Under the pieces are notes generated by a model, which did not search any database, was not told the DNA's origin, and saw nothing but the letters and a program-made list of their open reading frames with translations. A program made the position numbers and the translations under genes. A DNA stretch of 63,737 nt, the filler included, from Octopus bimaculoides (Eukaryota), in the NCBI RefSeq assembly GCF_001194135.2. It is 6 parts of 6 records of this genome, joined end to end, with 100 filler letters (N's around TTAATTAATTAA, not from the genome) between each part and the next. Parts side by side here need not be neighbours in the genome. Positions count along the whole stretch, not along the records: positions 15,896 to 37,874 come from NC_068988.1; positions 37,975 to 54,582 come from NC_068998.1; 4 more parts are not named here. The stretch is one strand, 5' to 3'. Positions 23,868-39,031 of this stretch are shown piece after piece. Numbering within the stretch: the stretch's first letter is position 1; the number at the start of each line of letters is the position of its first letter.

Positions 23868-25038
23868 CAGTAGTAGTAGAAGCAGCAGCAGTAGTAGTAG
23901 TAAAAATGGCAACAAATATAGAGCATAACTTTTTTTTTATTCTCTGGCAAAACTTGATTTTTCGAAATACTGTGCTAATTTACATAATTGCTCTAAATGA
24001 ATTATTCTTTCTAATGTGTTCTAATTTACATAATTACTTTAAGTGAATTATTTTCTTAATCAGCAACTGTTTCCAGTACTAATTGCAGTCCTTGGGCGTG
24101 TACAGTAGTTTTTTTTTTTCATATTTTCTGTCAAGAGTTAAAATGAAGAGATTAAAAAAAGATCGGTTGCTTGACCAAAGGTCGTCTATTGGAGACAATG
24201 TACCCTATAACAAATTTCAATTACCTTGGCCTACGTCTGGAAACACACATTCAGATTCATATATTAAATTTAAACATATTTCAGAGTATCTGAAAAGCGT
24301 ACATCTCCATTATATAAGCGCTGTTTTATTGTGAAAATTTGAATGAATGCAATTGACATCGTATATTTACAGCAGAGTAGCAATGTTATAAGTTTTGTTC
24401 ATAAACATAATCGATTCTGCCTCCCACACCACGATATGGGAAATATAGACTGATTCTGGCTTCGTCGTACTGCAATCTGACAACTAAGTAAAGAATGCTG
24501 TTAACAGAAGAATTGAAAGGATATTGGTAAAAGAAAAGCGGAATAAAATATTAAATAAAAGCGAAATTGTTTTAGGTGACAGGAGATTAGTCTGCTTAGA
24601 TATTCAATTATTTTAGCTTGAATCTTTCAATATTCTAAGCAAATATTTTTATTCATCCTGATGCATGAAGAAATATGAATGCTAACATATACAGACTGCT
24701 GCGCCAATAACGAACTTGTATACATACATATATAAGCATGGACCTACACAATGTATATATGTGTGTCTATGTAGCTATACATTTACGGATATACTTATGT
24801 ATATCCGTATGTGTGTATGAATGCATATATCTAGTATAAATGTATAAATGGTTTATAAATATATATATGACTATATAAGAGTACAGGCGCGCATATACAC
24901 ACACATATATTTATATATATACATGTATTTATATGCATATAGCTGAGCATTTTAATAAATGTGTGTATATGTACATATATATATATAATGTACATATATT
25001 TGTTATATATACACGATTATATATACATGTTCGTATTA

Positions 25039-25085
<47 letters not shown>

Positions 25086-25665
25086 ATATACATAAATATG
25101 TTATACATACATGATTATATATATATGTTTGTATTAATATATATATATGTTATATATACATGATTATATATATATGTTCGTATTAATCTATACCTATCTA
25201 TCTATNNNNNNNNNNNNNNNNNNNNNNNNNNNNNNNNNNNNNNNNNNNNNNNNNNNNNNNNNNNNNNNNNNNNNNNNNNNNNNNNNNNNNNNNNNNNNNN
25301 NNNNNNNNNNNNNNNNNNNNNNNNNNNNNNNNNNNNNNNNNNNNNNNNNNNNNNNNNNNNNNNNNNNNNNNNNNNNNNNNNNNNNNNNNNNNNNNNNNNN
25401 NNNNNNNNNNNNNNNNNNNNNNNNNNNNNNNNNNNNNNNNNNNNNNNNNNNNNNNNNNNNNNNNNNNNNNNNNNNNNNNNNNNNNNNNNNNNNNNNNNNN
25501 NNNNNNNNNNNNNNNNNNNNNNNNNNNNNNNNNNNNNNNNNNNNNNNNNNNNNNNNNNNNNNNNNNNNNNNNNNNNNNNNNNNNNNNNNNNNNNNNNNNN
25601 NNNNNNNNNNNNNNNNNNNNNNNNNNNNNNNNNNNNNNNNNNNNNNNNNNNNNNNNNNNNNNNNN

Positions 25666-25744
<79 letters not shown>

Positions 25745-26596
25745 CACATACGTACATTACACGCAGATACCTAGGCAGACAAATGCAGGCAGACAATAAA
25801 AAATATATATACAAAATTTATTGCATCTAAAGCTTTGCTGACAAAAAAGAAAATCAATTGAATAGCAGCTGTTAGTGACACACTGGTACAATTGATGCGT
25901 TTCTTCTAGTTTTCGCATCGCAAATCTATGTAATCCACTTGTATGCTAATCTAGCCTTGAATAAAGTTAACTTTGTCTGCTTGCAGAATATATTTGGAAT
26001 TCGCGAGGCTTTAAGATAACTGCGAAGAATGGCAAACAGTAGGATTATGTGAAGACATTAAATATTCTCAAAGGTTTAGAAATCCATATACTCTGAGAAA
26101 TGATCGATAATTTTACACATTTACACATATACAGGGTATTATATTAACGCTTATGTATTAATGGAATGCACATGTATACACGATAAAGAAAAAAGAACAA
26201 CAAATATATTTTCTACAATACTAAACATTAGAGAATTTCTTTATGGGTATAGGGTGGTGTTATAAAAAAGTTCCACCGCGTATCCCATAATTTGCGATTC
26301 ATCAAATACAAATAGGGAAAAAGTGCAGATAAAAAAAGGGGATTGATTTTAGGAAATAACATATTTACAGAAAAAAAAAAAAGAAATACTCATCACCAAT
26401 CAGAATAAATTTTTATCAAAATGCAGTCATTTTTTTTTCTTCCATTATGTATTCAAAAGGGTAGGAATGTTAGGGGGAGATAAGCATTGGTATTCTAATG
26501 CTAAAAGTCTTGTTGAGTGGTTAAGTTTCGTTTTACATAAAATATACATTTTCTAACAAAGCATTAGCATAAACATTTTATATACCCCTATATTAC

Positions 26597-26644
<48 letters not shown>

Positions 26645-26742
26645 NNNNNNNNNNNNNNNNNNNNNNNNNNNNNNNNNNNNNNNNNNNNNNNNNNNNNNNN
26701 NNNNNNNNNNNNNNNNNNNNNNNNNNNNNNNNNNNNNNNNNN

Positions 26743-26782
<40 letters not shown>

Positions 26783-27654
26783 GTAAATATGGGTATGTGT
26801 TTTTGTGTTTGGGAATTAATTTGGGTATGCACACACGCACACATGCACACTCACACACGCATGTGTATATTAGTACTTAATGCAAACATGCACATTTGTG
26901 TGTGCGTATGTATGTGTGCTTATGTGTGCGTGTTTTTTTTTGTGTGAGCAACAGATATTGAATGATGGTAGACAGAATGTTGCATATCTGCAACAAACAG
27001 GTTAGTATACATACGCACGCAAGCGCGCAATGCAAACATGCACACACTTGCGCGCGCACACATACACACACAACCAGACACACACACACAGAGGCACTCA
27101 CTCATATCTATGTATCCATTTAATTTGCATACGGGTATATGAAAAAGTGTACATATGTATCTAGATTCGGTTGTATAACGGGTAGAGGAGTATGTATTAA
27201 TCAGTGTGAGATCATAACAGATAAATCCTCCATGGTTAGTAATGAAAAAATATATTAATGCATGTTTTAACTGCTATAAACTAAATCATATATATTTCGT
27301 ATATAGTTCTGGAAAATTTCGAAAAACTAAGTATATATTCGTATTACTTGGGAAATCTCTATATTTCCAAACTTGGTTGATGCCATTTCCTCTTGTTATT
27401 GATGGTATATACAGGAATTGGTGGCTAATCTGATCCTCTGTTTTATCTCAATGAAGAGGGGTTTACATCTATGAATTTAGTGTAGAAAATTCTCTGTATC
27501 TTTTATTGCAAATTAACTCTGGATATATGTATATAGATACGTATTTGTACAACCATATATACATGACGTATTTGCATGTATATTCATGTATTATGTTGTA
27601 GTTTCTATCTTTCTGTCTCTTTCCCTATATCACTAACACTCTCTGTCTCACTCA

Positions 27655-27693
<39 letters not shown>

Positions 27694-29489
27694 CAAACAC
27701 ATAGATTTATGCACAAACATGTTTAAGTTTATGTTTATTTCTGGAGGTGTGTATTTTATGGATGGAATGAGTTGGTGAGTTCTTGGCTCTATAACTAAGA
27801 AATCCTCGAATACTCTTGAGAAGTTCAGCTTCACAGAAGCATAAATGAAAACAAATAATCATACACAACAGATCGCATTTACGGATCTTTAAAAAAAATT
27901 GGAATATATTCAAGAAATGTAACTTATATACACTTCAAACATGCATGTGCATCGAAAGATGCTAATACATACCTGCAGTGGTACGCAGGGTTGGAAATTT
28001 ACTCACAAATCGAAAATACATGAAAGTGGAGAAAGACATTCAAACATACACACGTACATGTTATATAAACCACACCACTCACCACTGGCTATTTGTTATT
28101 TTGTGCATAGAATACTTGCTAATGAGAGGTTTGCCGTTCATTACAAGCAAGGTTTTAAACAATTGTCTCCAGATAAATGCAAAACATTTTGTGTTTTGAT
28201 ACGATCATAACAGGAAACAATGGATGAGGTTGTATCATGGAATACTATTCTGTAAGTCATGACACAATTGGAAACATAGGAGGTTATTGGAGAACTATGA
28301 AGATTAATTTCAGTCCGGTATACGGCTGAATGAAGACCCATACGTACTGATAATAAAGTTGAAGAATTTTCCACATTAATCCACGTGAGAGCGAATAAGA
28401 AATACTGGAATACCTCTCACATATTAGTATTAATCATTTGCGCAAGTAAGCTACGTACGTTAAGAATGAATATTGTGTTTTGCCAAAAATAATCAGACAT
28501 GAAAATGTCTGTCAAAACAAAGAAAAACAAGCAGTGAATTGTGCCCTCAAGGAAACGTTTAACCCTTTGAATCTTCTATAAATCCTTTATGGTACTGAAG
28601 CCATACACATGCTTAGTTCCTTTTCAACCACAACTTACAACATGTGAAGTATGAGCTAACTGAATATCTCATACAAAATGGACATTCAGGAAAAAATAAA
28701 ATATGAAAATGCCTTAGACAGACAAAGGGTTGAAACAGGAACCTCAACCGAAACCAAACTAATAACTGTAAATCGGTACTTAGATTTTCGCCTTTAAATA
28801 AGGACGTTTGTATAAAAAGAGAAATTTATGAGGTATACAAACAGCTTCAAAACAGCTCATTTTCAGAGTTAAAATGAATGACTTTTACATCGACCACTAA
28901 TTAAATGAAAAACATGTATATGATACGAGCAGATAAGCGACCTAAAATATTGACCTATTGATTTAATGTTATCTGTGGTCGATCAATTTGTTAAGGAATA
29001 TAAATTACTAAATGAAATCCTAGGATTTTGGACATTGAATTGCTGCTGTTTCCACAATGTGGATTTGGAAATTCAGTCAGAAACCAGAATAATAGATCTC
29101 TCAAAAATGTAGCTTGTAAGAAAGACAAATGTATTTAGGATCATCGGAGCTTTGGTGATAATATCAAATGACTCCATAACACACAATGGCTAAATACCAG
29201 GAAACATAAAAGTATCAGAACCACTAATCTTTTTTTTCTGAAGGGAACAACCAGTATCTGAATGGAAAATCTTTCAGACTAAGAATGTTTGCATCTCTTA
29301 AAGCTACTTAAAATAGCAAATATTAGAGAAAAAAACACATTTTAAAGGAAACTTAAATAATATGTTGTTCTCCTACTTGTAAAATGTATTTTTTCAACTC
29401 ATGAATAACACCCACATTACAAAGTCTAACTTCCTGTTCTCTGAGGTCTATGGGGAGACATAGACCAGCTCGTATAGAACAAAGCAACA

Positions 29490-30040
29490 CCTGCATAAAG
29501 CTCTGGACTAAAAGCCAAAACAGGAGGAATGATTCCCGCTACACAAGACTAATACCTGATTACAGACAGTTATAAAGACAAAATAATGAAAACAGGCCTG
29601 AACACCAAGTGCAGAATGTGCAACTAGAACAATGGGACTGTTGACCACATAATCTCGGTCTACTCAGTCCTTGCCAAATCTGAATATGTATACAAACACG
29701 ACAAAGTAAGCAGTTATATCCACTGGAAAATATTCCAATATCACATCAAAACTGACAGCCGGTGGTATAAGCATGGTACACGACAACGATCAAGCCATAA
29801 TCATCTGGGATATTCCGGTCCAAGCCGACAAAGAAATAAAAACCAATTGCCCAGACATAATATTCAAGGATTGGGGAAAAAAACACATTCTTACTGATAG
29901 ATATTGCAGTCCCTTCTGATCAAATATTGTCAAAAAAAAAAAAAAAAAGACGGAGAAATTGACGAAGTACAAACACCATGCGATTGAATATTCAAAATGT
30001 GGGGCATGAAGGTAAAAACGATGCCAATATTTGTTGCAAA
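29490..30040 (+). mobile_element. Degenerate R4/Dong-like LINE fragment
   Basis: SGLKAKTGGMIPATQD...KCRMCN*..TVDHIIS...LAKSEY..KHDKV..YIHWKI...IIWD...IKTNCPDI...LIDIAVPSD...KLTKY. Confidence 0.8.
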
Positions 30041-30067
30041 GTGAGTTCCTCTCAGTGGTGTGATGTG

Positions 30068-30344
30068 TGTTGCTGTTTTACGCTAGTAGCCACAATAGTT
30101 ACTAGTCATCGTATACCAGAATGGTAATAATTTAACTTCTGTCTTACTGTCGCTGATAGCTCCACAAGACACCAACTAGAACTGTCGACTCTCAACACAT
30201 CAACTCTCGACCCTCTCTTCACAACCGACTACTGGTCTACTTATAATGACTGGCTTGTGCCACTTTTTACCGGGAGGGGTATATAGTTTCACTATACAAC
30301 AACTCTTTTAATCATTTTATTAAACAATGAATTTTTTTCATTCA
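30068..30344 (-). mobile_element. Putative 3' LTR of Gypsy element
   Basis: On the minus strand it starts TG immediately after a polypurine tract (aaaaatggaggaggtgggg, about 30345-30364), has a TATA-like tataag, and ends ...aaca. The end coordinate is approximate. Confidence 0.5.
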
Positions 30345-30965
30345 CCCCACCTCCTCCATTTTTAATACATACCCAACATCTTTTCTTCTTGGAGTCTACT
30401 ATTAGGTATTCAGTGTTCTTCCTTTTCCATGTACGTGTGGTTTCGACTTCTTGTAATGGTGTTGTTAACCTGAAAATGTCATATAGATAATTCATTGGCA
30501 TTTCTACTTTTGTTGGTTCTTTTTCTATAACTCTTCCTTTAAGCTGATTTCTATGTCTCCTTTCCATTCCATTTTTGCTTCTTACACCATACACCATTCT
30601 TTCTATGTATGTTACAATTTCTCCTTCCCAGTATTGCTTGCCATTTTTGTATATTCTTGCATGTACCTTGTCACCGATTCTAAAGATTTTTTGCATGTTT
30701 TTACAACGACGTATTTTTTCTTCAATGCTTAACAGTTTATCGAATACTGATTACACCATTGTAGCAAACATTAATTCTGCTGGTGAACTTCCTTCTCGTG
30801 CATTCGGGCTCGGAGTTACCCTGTATGCCTTTAAGAATTGTTGGGTTGCGATCTCTTCCGTGGCTTCCTTATTAGCTTTCTTTAAATCTATCTTAAATGT
30901 GTCCACGATGCGTTTGGCCTTTCCATCGATGTTCAGTGATACGGGGCTATAGTTTTATGTTCTGA
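30345..30965 (-). mobile_element. Gypsy/Ty3 integrase C-terminal pseudogene
   Basis: HKTIAPYH*..GKAKRIVDTFK..LKK...FLKAYRVTP...SPAELMF, then FRIGDKV...W.G.I...Y.V...RRHRNQLKGR (integrase core end plus SH3-like tail). Stops are present. Confidence 0.85.
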
Positions 30966-31289
30966 CGTGGACATCTCGCAGAATCTTTTAAACTCACAGG
31001 ATACAAACTATGGGAGGGGAAAATGAGAGTGCGGTGTTAATTATGAAGTGTGGTAGAAATATAAACGTTAATACTACAAGTTCATGCAAACTACAGTTAT
31101 AAATCTTACCATTACTTTTAATTTAGCTGATGAGGTGTATTTTTTCGGGACATAATAAATCTATACATTACAAAGTTAATGCACTGGACTTCGTCCCATC
31201 TATAGACGCCATGTAATTGTCAAAAATGACATTATTTGTAAACTATCTATTACATTTATGAGTCACTTCAATTTTCTGATTAATAATCA

Positions 31290-31590
31290 TCACTATCACT
31301 TTCAGTATCACTCTCCGATCCTACTCTGTCAAAGAAATCACTTCCACTAAGTTCACTGTCGCTATCAGGGTAAGAATCTGATGCGAGAGTTTCACCTCCA
31401 GGTTCTTGTTCCAGAATATGCACCAACCATGATTCCAGATTCCATTGTCCATCCATGCTGTTCGTCTGGTCTAGGCAATGAAGGCTTTGCAGTGTTCGTT
31501 AGCTTCCATATCCTGATCTGGAAGTTGCTTCGTCAAATATGTTGCTCGAGGACGTATCTAGATGGAGGTAGTTGAGCGAAATCTAATTGC
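31290..31590 (-). mobile_element. Academ-like DNA transposon ORF C-terminal remnant
   Basis: The minus frame reads LDFAQLPPSRYVLEQHI*RSNFQIRIWKLTNTAKPSLPRPDEQHGW, matching the LPP...L.QH..RA.YQ..IW...P.P...GW motif, followed by an acidic tail. The superfamily assignment is from memory. Confidence 0.5.
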
Positions 31591-31681
31591 ATGGATTTTG
31601 TGAACCCATACTTCCCACCCCACTTTGCTCTGCTCGCTGGGTTGTGAATCACATTGAATTAATATTTCTTGTCCTTTTATT

Positions 31682-31731
<50 letters not shown>

Positions 31732-32073
31732 CATATGTTTGTATATATATTTACATCTACTTACACATATATATAATTATATATATACATACATATTAAT
31801 TTCTATATTCGTATTGCCTATGTAAAAGTATATGTGTATATAATGGTATGTATTGAACCAATTTGTAGGTACCTCAGCGTAGTATTATAATTCTTATGAC
31901 TAAACGAATAAGAGCAAGAAATGTGGTACAACAATAATTATAACAAGAAGAAGAAAAGATATTCGAACTGTAAAAAAACAAAACAAAAAAAAAACTTATT
32001 GAACTAATCTCAAAATAATTAAATTGCTGAAAGTATAGATTTCAATAATATGTGCTCTTGTACGCACGTGTGC

Positions 32074-32106
<33 letters not shown>

Positions 32107-32124
32107 TGTATGTATGTATGTATA

Positions 32125-32160
<36 letters not shown>

Positions 32161-33096
32161 NNNNNNNNNNNNNNNNNNNNNNNNNNNNNNNNNNNNNNNN
32201 NNNNNNNNNNNNNNNNNNNNNNNNNNNNNNNNNNNNNNNNNNNNNNNNNNNNNNNNNNNNNNNNNNNNNNNNNNNNNNNNNNNNNNNNNNNNNNNNNNNN
32301 NNNNNNNNNNNNNNNNNNNNNNNNNNNNNNNNNNNNNNNNNNNNNNNNNNNNNNNNNNNNNNNNNNNNNNNNNNNNNNNNNNNNNNNNNNNNNNNNNNNN
32401 NNNNNNNNNNNNNNNNNNNNNNNNNNNNNNNNNNNNNNNNNNNNNNNNNNNNNNNNNNNNNNNNNNNNNNNNNNNNNNNNNNNNNNNNNNNNNNNNNNNN
32501 NNNNNNNNNNNNNNNNNNNNNNNNNNNNNNNNNNNNNNNNNNNNNNNNNNNNNNNNNNNNNNNNNNNNNNNNNNNNNNNNNNNNNNNNNNNNNNNNNNNN
32601 NNNNNNNNNNNNNNNNNNNNNNNNNNNNNNNNNNNNNNNNNNNNNNNNNNNNNNNNNNNNNNNNNNNNNNNNNNNNNNNNNNNNNNNNNNNNNNNNNNNN
32701 NNNNNNNNNNNNNNNNNNNNNNNNNNNNNNNNNNNNNNNNNNNNNNNNNNNNNNNNNNNNNNNNNNNNNNNNNNNNNNNNNNNNNNNNNNNNNNNNNNNN
32801 NNNNNNNNNNNNNNNNNNNNNNNNNNNNNNNNNNNNNNNNNNNNNNNNNNNNNNNNNNNNNNNNNNNNNNNNNNNNNNNNNNNNNNNNNNNNNNNNNNNN
32901 NNNNNNNNNNNNNNNNNNNNNNNNNNNNNNNNNNNNNNNNNNNNNNNNNNNNNNNNNNNNNNNNNNNNNNNNNNNNNNNNNNNNNNNNNNNNNNNNNNNN
33001 NNNNNNNNNNNNNNNNNNNNNNNNNNNNNNNNNNNNNNNNNNNNNNNNNNNNNNNNNNNNNNNNNNNNNNNNNNNNNNTATATATATATATATATA

Positions 33097-33425
33097 TGAA
33101 AAATACAGAATGGGACAAGAACGCAAGACATCCAGACAGGTGATACAAGAAAGGGAAAAAACATCCGGATAGACGATACAAAGAAATCAAGGACAGATCA
33201 TTCACAGTTTTCTTTCCTCAGTCGAGATCCGGATTATCCTCGATATTGCTCCAATCTGGCCAGCTCCAAAGAAACACCAAGTTAAGAGCATTAGATTCCT
33301 TGGACGAAAGCAGCGAACGTATACAAAAACAAGGACGGTAGAAAAACGGAAAATGTTACACAAATGCAATAAAAATAGTAACAGGACATAACAACGGATG
33401 TCTTTCCACTAAGTACGAATTAAAT
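33097..33425 (-). mobile_element. (TA)n-adjacent repeat related to 62394-62630; possible PLE terminal fragment
   Basis: Shares ggata(a/t)tcc(g/a)ga...(C/T)TGA(G/A)GA...GAATGATC on the minus strand with the 62488-62540 segment. Confidence 0.35.
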
Positions 33426-33976
33426 TAAGCTAGCTTGTGTGGAAATAAGGCCTTACGGCAGGGATACAAAATTTCACGGGCACAGGGAGGATTAACGATG
33501 TGGCACGCACAACAGCCGACCAAGACAGAAAGGTCAGGCTTGACCGAACACCGGTCACGTGGGAAGAGAAGTGAGAGAGGTAGCGGCAGAGGGATAAAAG
33601 AATTAAGGAGGGACAAGAAAAAAAATGACAGGAACATATATATTATGTGTGTATAAGAGTTATACAGTGAGGGAAAGCCATTAAGATATTTTCCATCACG
33701 CAAGAATTGTGATTTAAATCCACCAAAACGAAAAAAAAACTATTCTTATTTTAGCACGTTGAATGTGGGCGGGTAGGACAATTTCAGAGAATTCAAAATT
33801 GATTAGTCAGTCCCGTACTTCGAAATTTGTGGCGTGATGGAAAATTACTTAGTGGCTTTCCCTCAGTGCATAACTCTTATACACACATAATAAAATAATA
33901 TTTATAGTCTATGAACATTTTTACTCACGCTGGACACTGGTAAAAAACAAATATTTAATTTTACCATATATTTAAC

Positions 33977-34050
<74 letters not shown>

Positions 34051-34199
34051 TGCCAAGGACTATAATCTCCCGAAACATATTTACGGTAACGTCCTTTATT
34101 ATTATTGTCCATATAACATAATGCAAACGTGTAGCTATTTTGTACACTTTACATATTTATCACTTAGAACATTTTGCTTAGAAGATACTTTTCATTTTT

Positions 34200-34281
34200 A
34201 ACCTCGTATATAGTATGCACTAGAAATTTTGACCTTGAAATTTTGGGAAAAAAGTGCGGATTATACTCGAGGATTTACGTT
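34200..34281. mobile_element. Probable pogo/Tc2-like transposon terminus
   Basis: gaaaaaagtgcggattatactcgaggatttacg-tta resembles the right end (..TTATACTCGAGTA.ATACGGTA) of pogo/Tc2-type elements. Confidence 0.4.
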
Positions 34282-35749
34282 ATATATACACACCCACCCA
34301 CCAAAACCCCCTCCACAAATATATATATATATATACACACAAATCCATATATGCATGCACAGCATAATCTTGTGAACTTTCGAAAATTGTCATGGGCTGA
34401 AAGTACCAAATTTATATACAGGATAAACTATATAATAAACAATAATATAATAAATCGTCTGCAAGGTTACTGGTATTAGGAGTATTTGCATATTTGTTTA
34501 GTCACTGTACAGTATTTTATAAATTACCCTCTTTCAGTTTTGCTCCTTCCATTCAGTTAAATTTTCACAATGTTTTCTTTAAAATGTTCGTAAAAACAAA
34601 AAACAGAACAGGCTGGCGTACTATAATTAGTGCTTGTAGCAAGAAGTTTGAAGCAAAGCGTATGAATTTAGATTTCGATGTGTGCAAGACGGTATTATTT
34701 TCTAGCGCATTTTGTAAAGGAGATACAGGCTGACTATAATGATTGTTTGCCGCAGAGGCCATGTAACTACTGCATGTCTCTGGAAAAATTTGTCGTTTCC
34801 AAAGTGGTCCGACCTGACAGTGTAATTCACATAATCAACATGATTACGCTTGTACTATTCGTTTTCAGTGTTATATTACCGAGAAAGCATCCGGATCTGT
34901 AGCCAGGCATACGTTCGCATGACTGTGTTCCTATCGATGACTGTTAAAGAAATGGCAAAATCCTGAAAAGAAGCAGCAATGAAATATATATATATATGCA
35001 TATATATATATATATATATATANNNNNNNNNNNNNNNNNNNNNNNNNNNNNNNNNNNNNNNNNNNNNNNNNNNNNNNNNNNNNNNNNNNNNNNNNNNNNN
35101 NNNNNNNNNNNNNNNNNNNNNNNNNNNNNNNNNNNNNNNNNNNNNNNNNNNNNNNNNNNNNNNNNNNNNNNNNNNNNNNNNNNNNNNNNNNNNNNNNNNN
35201 NNNNNNNNNNNNNNNNNNNNNNNNNNNNNNNNNNNNNNNNNNNNNNNNNNNNNNNNNNNNNNNNNNNNNNNNNNNNNNNNNNNNNNNNNNNNNNNNNNNN
35301 NNNNNNNNNNNNNNNNNNNNNNNNNNNNNNNNNNNNNNNNNNNNNNNNNNNNNNNNNNNNNNNNNNNNNNNNNNNNNNNNNNTATATATGATAACTAAAT
35401 TTTGATTTATTCCTCACAGGTAGGAATATACGAAAACGTCTTTTCAAATGCACTGGGTGTCTTTTAGATGGTTTATTCCGGAACTGTTTCGCTTCTGACT
35501 AGACAGAATATGCGTGAAATTAGTATTTGTTTAGGACACAAATTAATTGGTGGAGTCTGACCACGTGACTAAGTTCAGAAATTTCTTATTTCTTTGCTGC
35601 CCACAAAGAGCTTATACGGCTGAGGGAACCTATCTTGACAGTTCCAGACGATCAAAACTATCTAAATTTAAGCTGTCAAATGTAGCAGGGGATGATCATG
35701 TGATTAGGCTCAGAAAGTGTTTAAGTTCCCCGATACGACCGTTCCCCGT

Positions 35750-35981
35750 TTCAATCATTTGACTGCAGCCATGCTAGAGCACAACCTTAAAGGGATTTAA
35801 TGGAAGAAATTGACCACAGGACTTATTATTGCAAGCCCCGTATGTATTCTGTCGGCCTCTTTTGCCGAACTGCTAAGTTACGGGGACGTTAACACATCAG
35901 CATCGGTTGTCAAGTACTGGTGGCGGGGGCGAACACAGACACACAGTGACTTTGGTAAACGGAAACTGAAAAGAGCTAGCC

Positions 35982-35985
<4 letters not shown>
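35750..35985 (-). mobile_element. SINE family A 3' half, followed by a short forward-oriented A piece
   Basis: tttcaatcatttgactgcagccatgctagagcac...gctaagttacggggacg...gaacacagacacac, then + strand ttggtaaacggaaactgaaaagag..cg(ta)n. Confidence 0.75.
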
Positions 35986-36026
<41 letters not shown>

Positions 36027-36899
36027 TATGTTTATGTGTCAAGGTTTGTGTTTTACGAACTGTGATTGCAATGATCGTAGACTGTACTCTGATTGATAAA
36101 ACTCTTAAGCATCGTCTTCATATTATTCGACATACGTAGAGACAGGTAGACGTAAACACATATATACATGTATAAATACATACATACATACATACACACA
36201 TACACACAAACGCACACACACACCGCACACACACCGCACACGATAGGCCAATGAGATCTCTCTTCCGACAATGACAAAACTCACGAACTGTGAAATTTGT
36301 ATCTATCGCTCACACGATGACGCCGAGGTTGATTTATTTTCACTGATCTGTCAATTTTATATTGAATTTTTAAAATACAAGACAAGCAAAGAAGGGATTT
36401 TCCAGACGAAAATTGCAGATTCTAACTTTTAAACTACGACACACATAGGTTAAGTAAGTCACACATAAACAAATTTTAAGCTAGAACCGCTTTTATGGCA
36501 TTACCGAAACCTCCCCCGTCACGCACAGAAACACACACACGCAGACAAATACAGGGTAATGAATTATAGAATGCACGTTTTTTTTAATACGTGTCTATAT
36601 TTTCACGTTTATATTTTGTAAATATTTTTCGCATATGTTATAAATTTTTGCAGTTGGTCTGGTGCAGTAAAGCCCCAAGAATTCACCCATAGTAGACATT
36701 TCTGGAACTTTTCATTATAAAAATTAGAATATGAAATATGTTTGGCATCAGAATTATATGTTTTATATCTTTCAAATATAGGTAGATTTTAATGCCAATG
36801 ATATTTTGATCATCATAAAACGATAAATCTGGAACGTAATCGCGAAGCACAGAACGCACAAACACACACCTACACAAATATACATGTATAAATATGCTT

Positions 36900-37620
<721 letters not shown>

Positions 37621-38076
37621 GTATAACTTTCCTTGGTTGTTTGTTTGCTACTTGCTAGCTTTCTGCGCTATTTGTGTAGTAAACTAGGGAAATCAGTTAA
37701 AACATCTGATGTGTGAATGCTTGATAACCCATTAATCATTCTTTGATGTTTTTACTTACGCCGACGGTGTTAGATTTAGAAAATGATCGTAAGGGAAATA
37801 AGCGAAATATTCAATTCAATGATGATGGATGTGTTAATGTGCGGCTTCTAAACTAAGCGTGCTCCATATATATANNNNNNNNNNNNNNNNNNNNNNNNNN
37901 NNNNNNNNNNNNNNNNNNTTAATTAATTAANNNNNNNNNNNNNNNNNNNNNNNNNNNNNNNNNNNNNNNNNNNNGAATATTCCTCTTCTAATGGGGATGG
38001 CTTTCGTTTTCACAAGTCCCTCTTTTGTTTGGAGCTGTAGCACTGTCTGCCATTTGTTCATTGAGTGCTCTATGTA

Positions 38077-38148
<72 letters not shown>

Positions 38149-38779
38149 ACAACCTGCAGAATCCATCAACAAGAAATACGATTTATCTTATTGCTGTCAC
38201 CAGAGGTATGCCCCTCTGGCAAATTGCAGGGCTCTGACTAATAACTACACTTGTATGGGATCTTAGCACTAGCTGTTACTCTGCACCGCTTGCACCAAAG
38301 TCACCGCTACCAACCAACCCTATGAGCAGGACCGCCAATTATCAATCACCAACGCTTACCAACCCCCACCGCATACCAAACCCCATCGCTTACCAATTCC
38401 TAACGCTTACCAAACACCAACGCATCTTTTGGGCGTGTATACTCACGCAGTGTACATGTGACGTATGCGTGTATATATGTATGCGGGTGCGTGAGTGAGT
38501 GTTCATCCATGTGTATATGTGTGGGTGTATCCATTGGTTTATTGCAGAAGCCTGAAGGAGAATTTCTTGATGAAAATTAAATGATACTGCTTCTATGTGC
38601 TCCACTAATATGTTAATTGGATCAGCGTGTTTAATTCAGCCCGGCGCACTAAAGATTTTGTTAATTCGCCGCTTTATGAATAAGAGCACCATCAACAACA
38701 ACAACAATATTATAATTATTTCTATTGATTTTATTTATTCTCGTAGATTCTGTGGAAGCGAACAGAAGCCTGCTGTCAA

Positions 38780-38948
38780 AGCTGTTCTACTATAGACCCA
38801 AGAGCTGAAATTTTATGGTAGGAGTATATAGTCTATTACACCGACACCGGTGTTTCACTGGAACTTGACTTATCGACCCCGAAAGGATGAAAGACAAAGT
38901 CGACCGCCGCGGAATTTGAACTCAGAATGTATAGGCAGTCGAAATGCC
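38780..38948 (-). mobile_element. SINE family B copy
   Basis: ttatcgaccccgaaaggatgaaagacaaagtcgaccgccgcggaatttgaactcagaatgta. Confidence 0.8.
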
Positions 38949-39031
38949 ACAACAACTACAACAACAACAACAACAATAATAATAATAACAACAGCAACGA
39001 CAACAACGACAATGATAATCATAATAATAAT

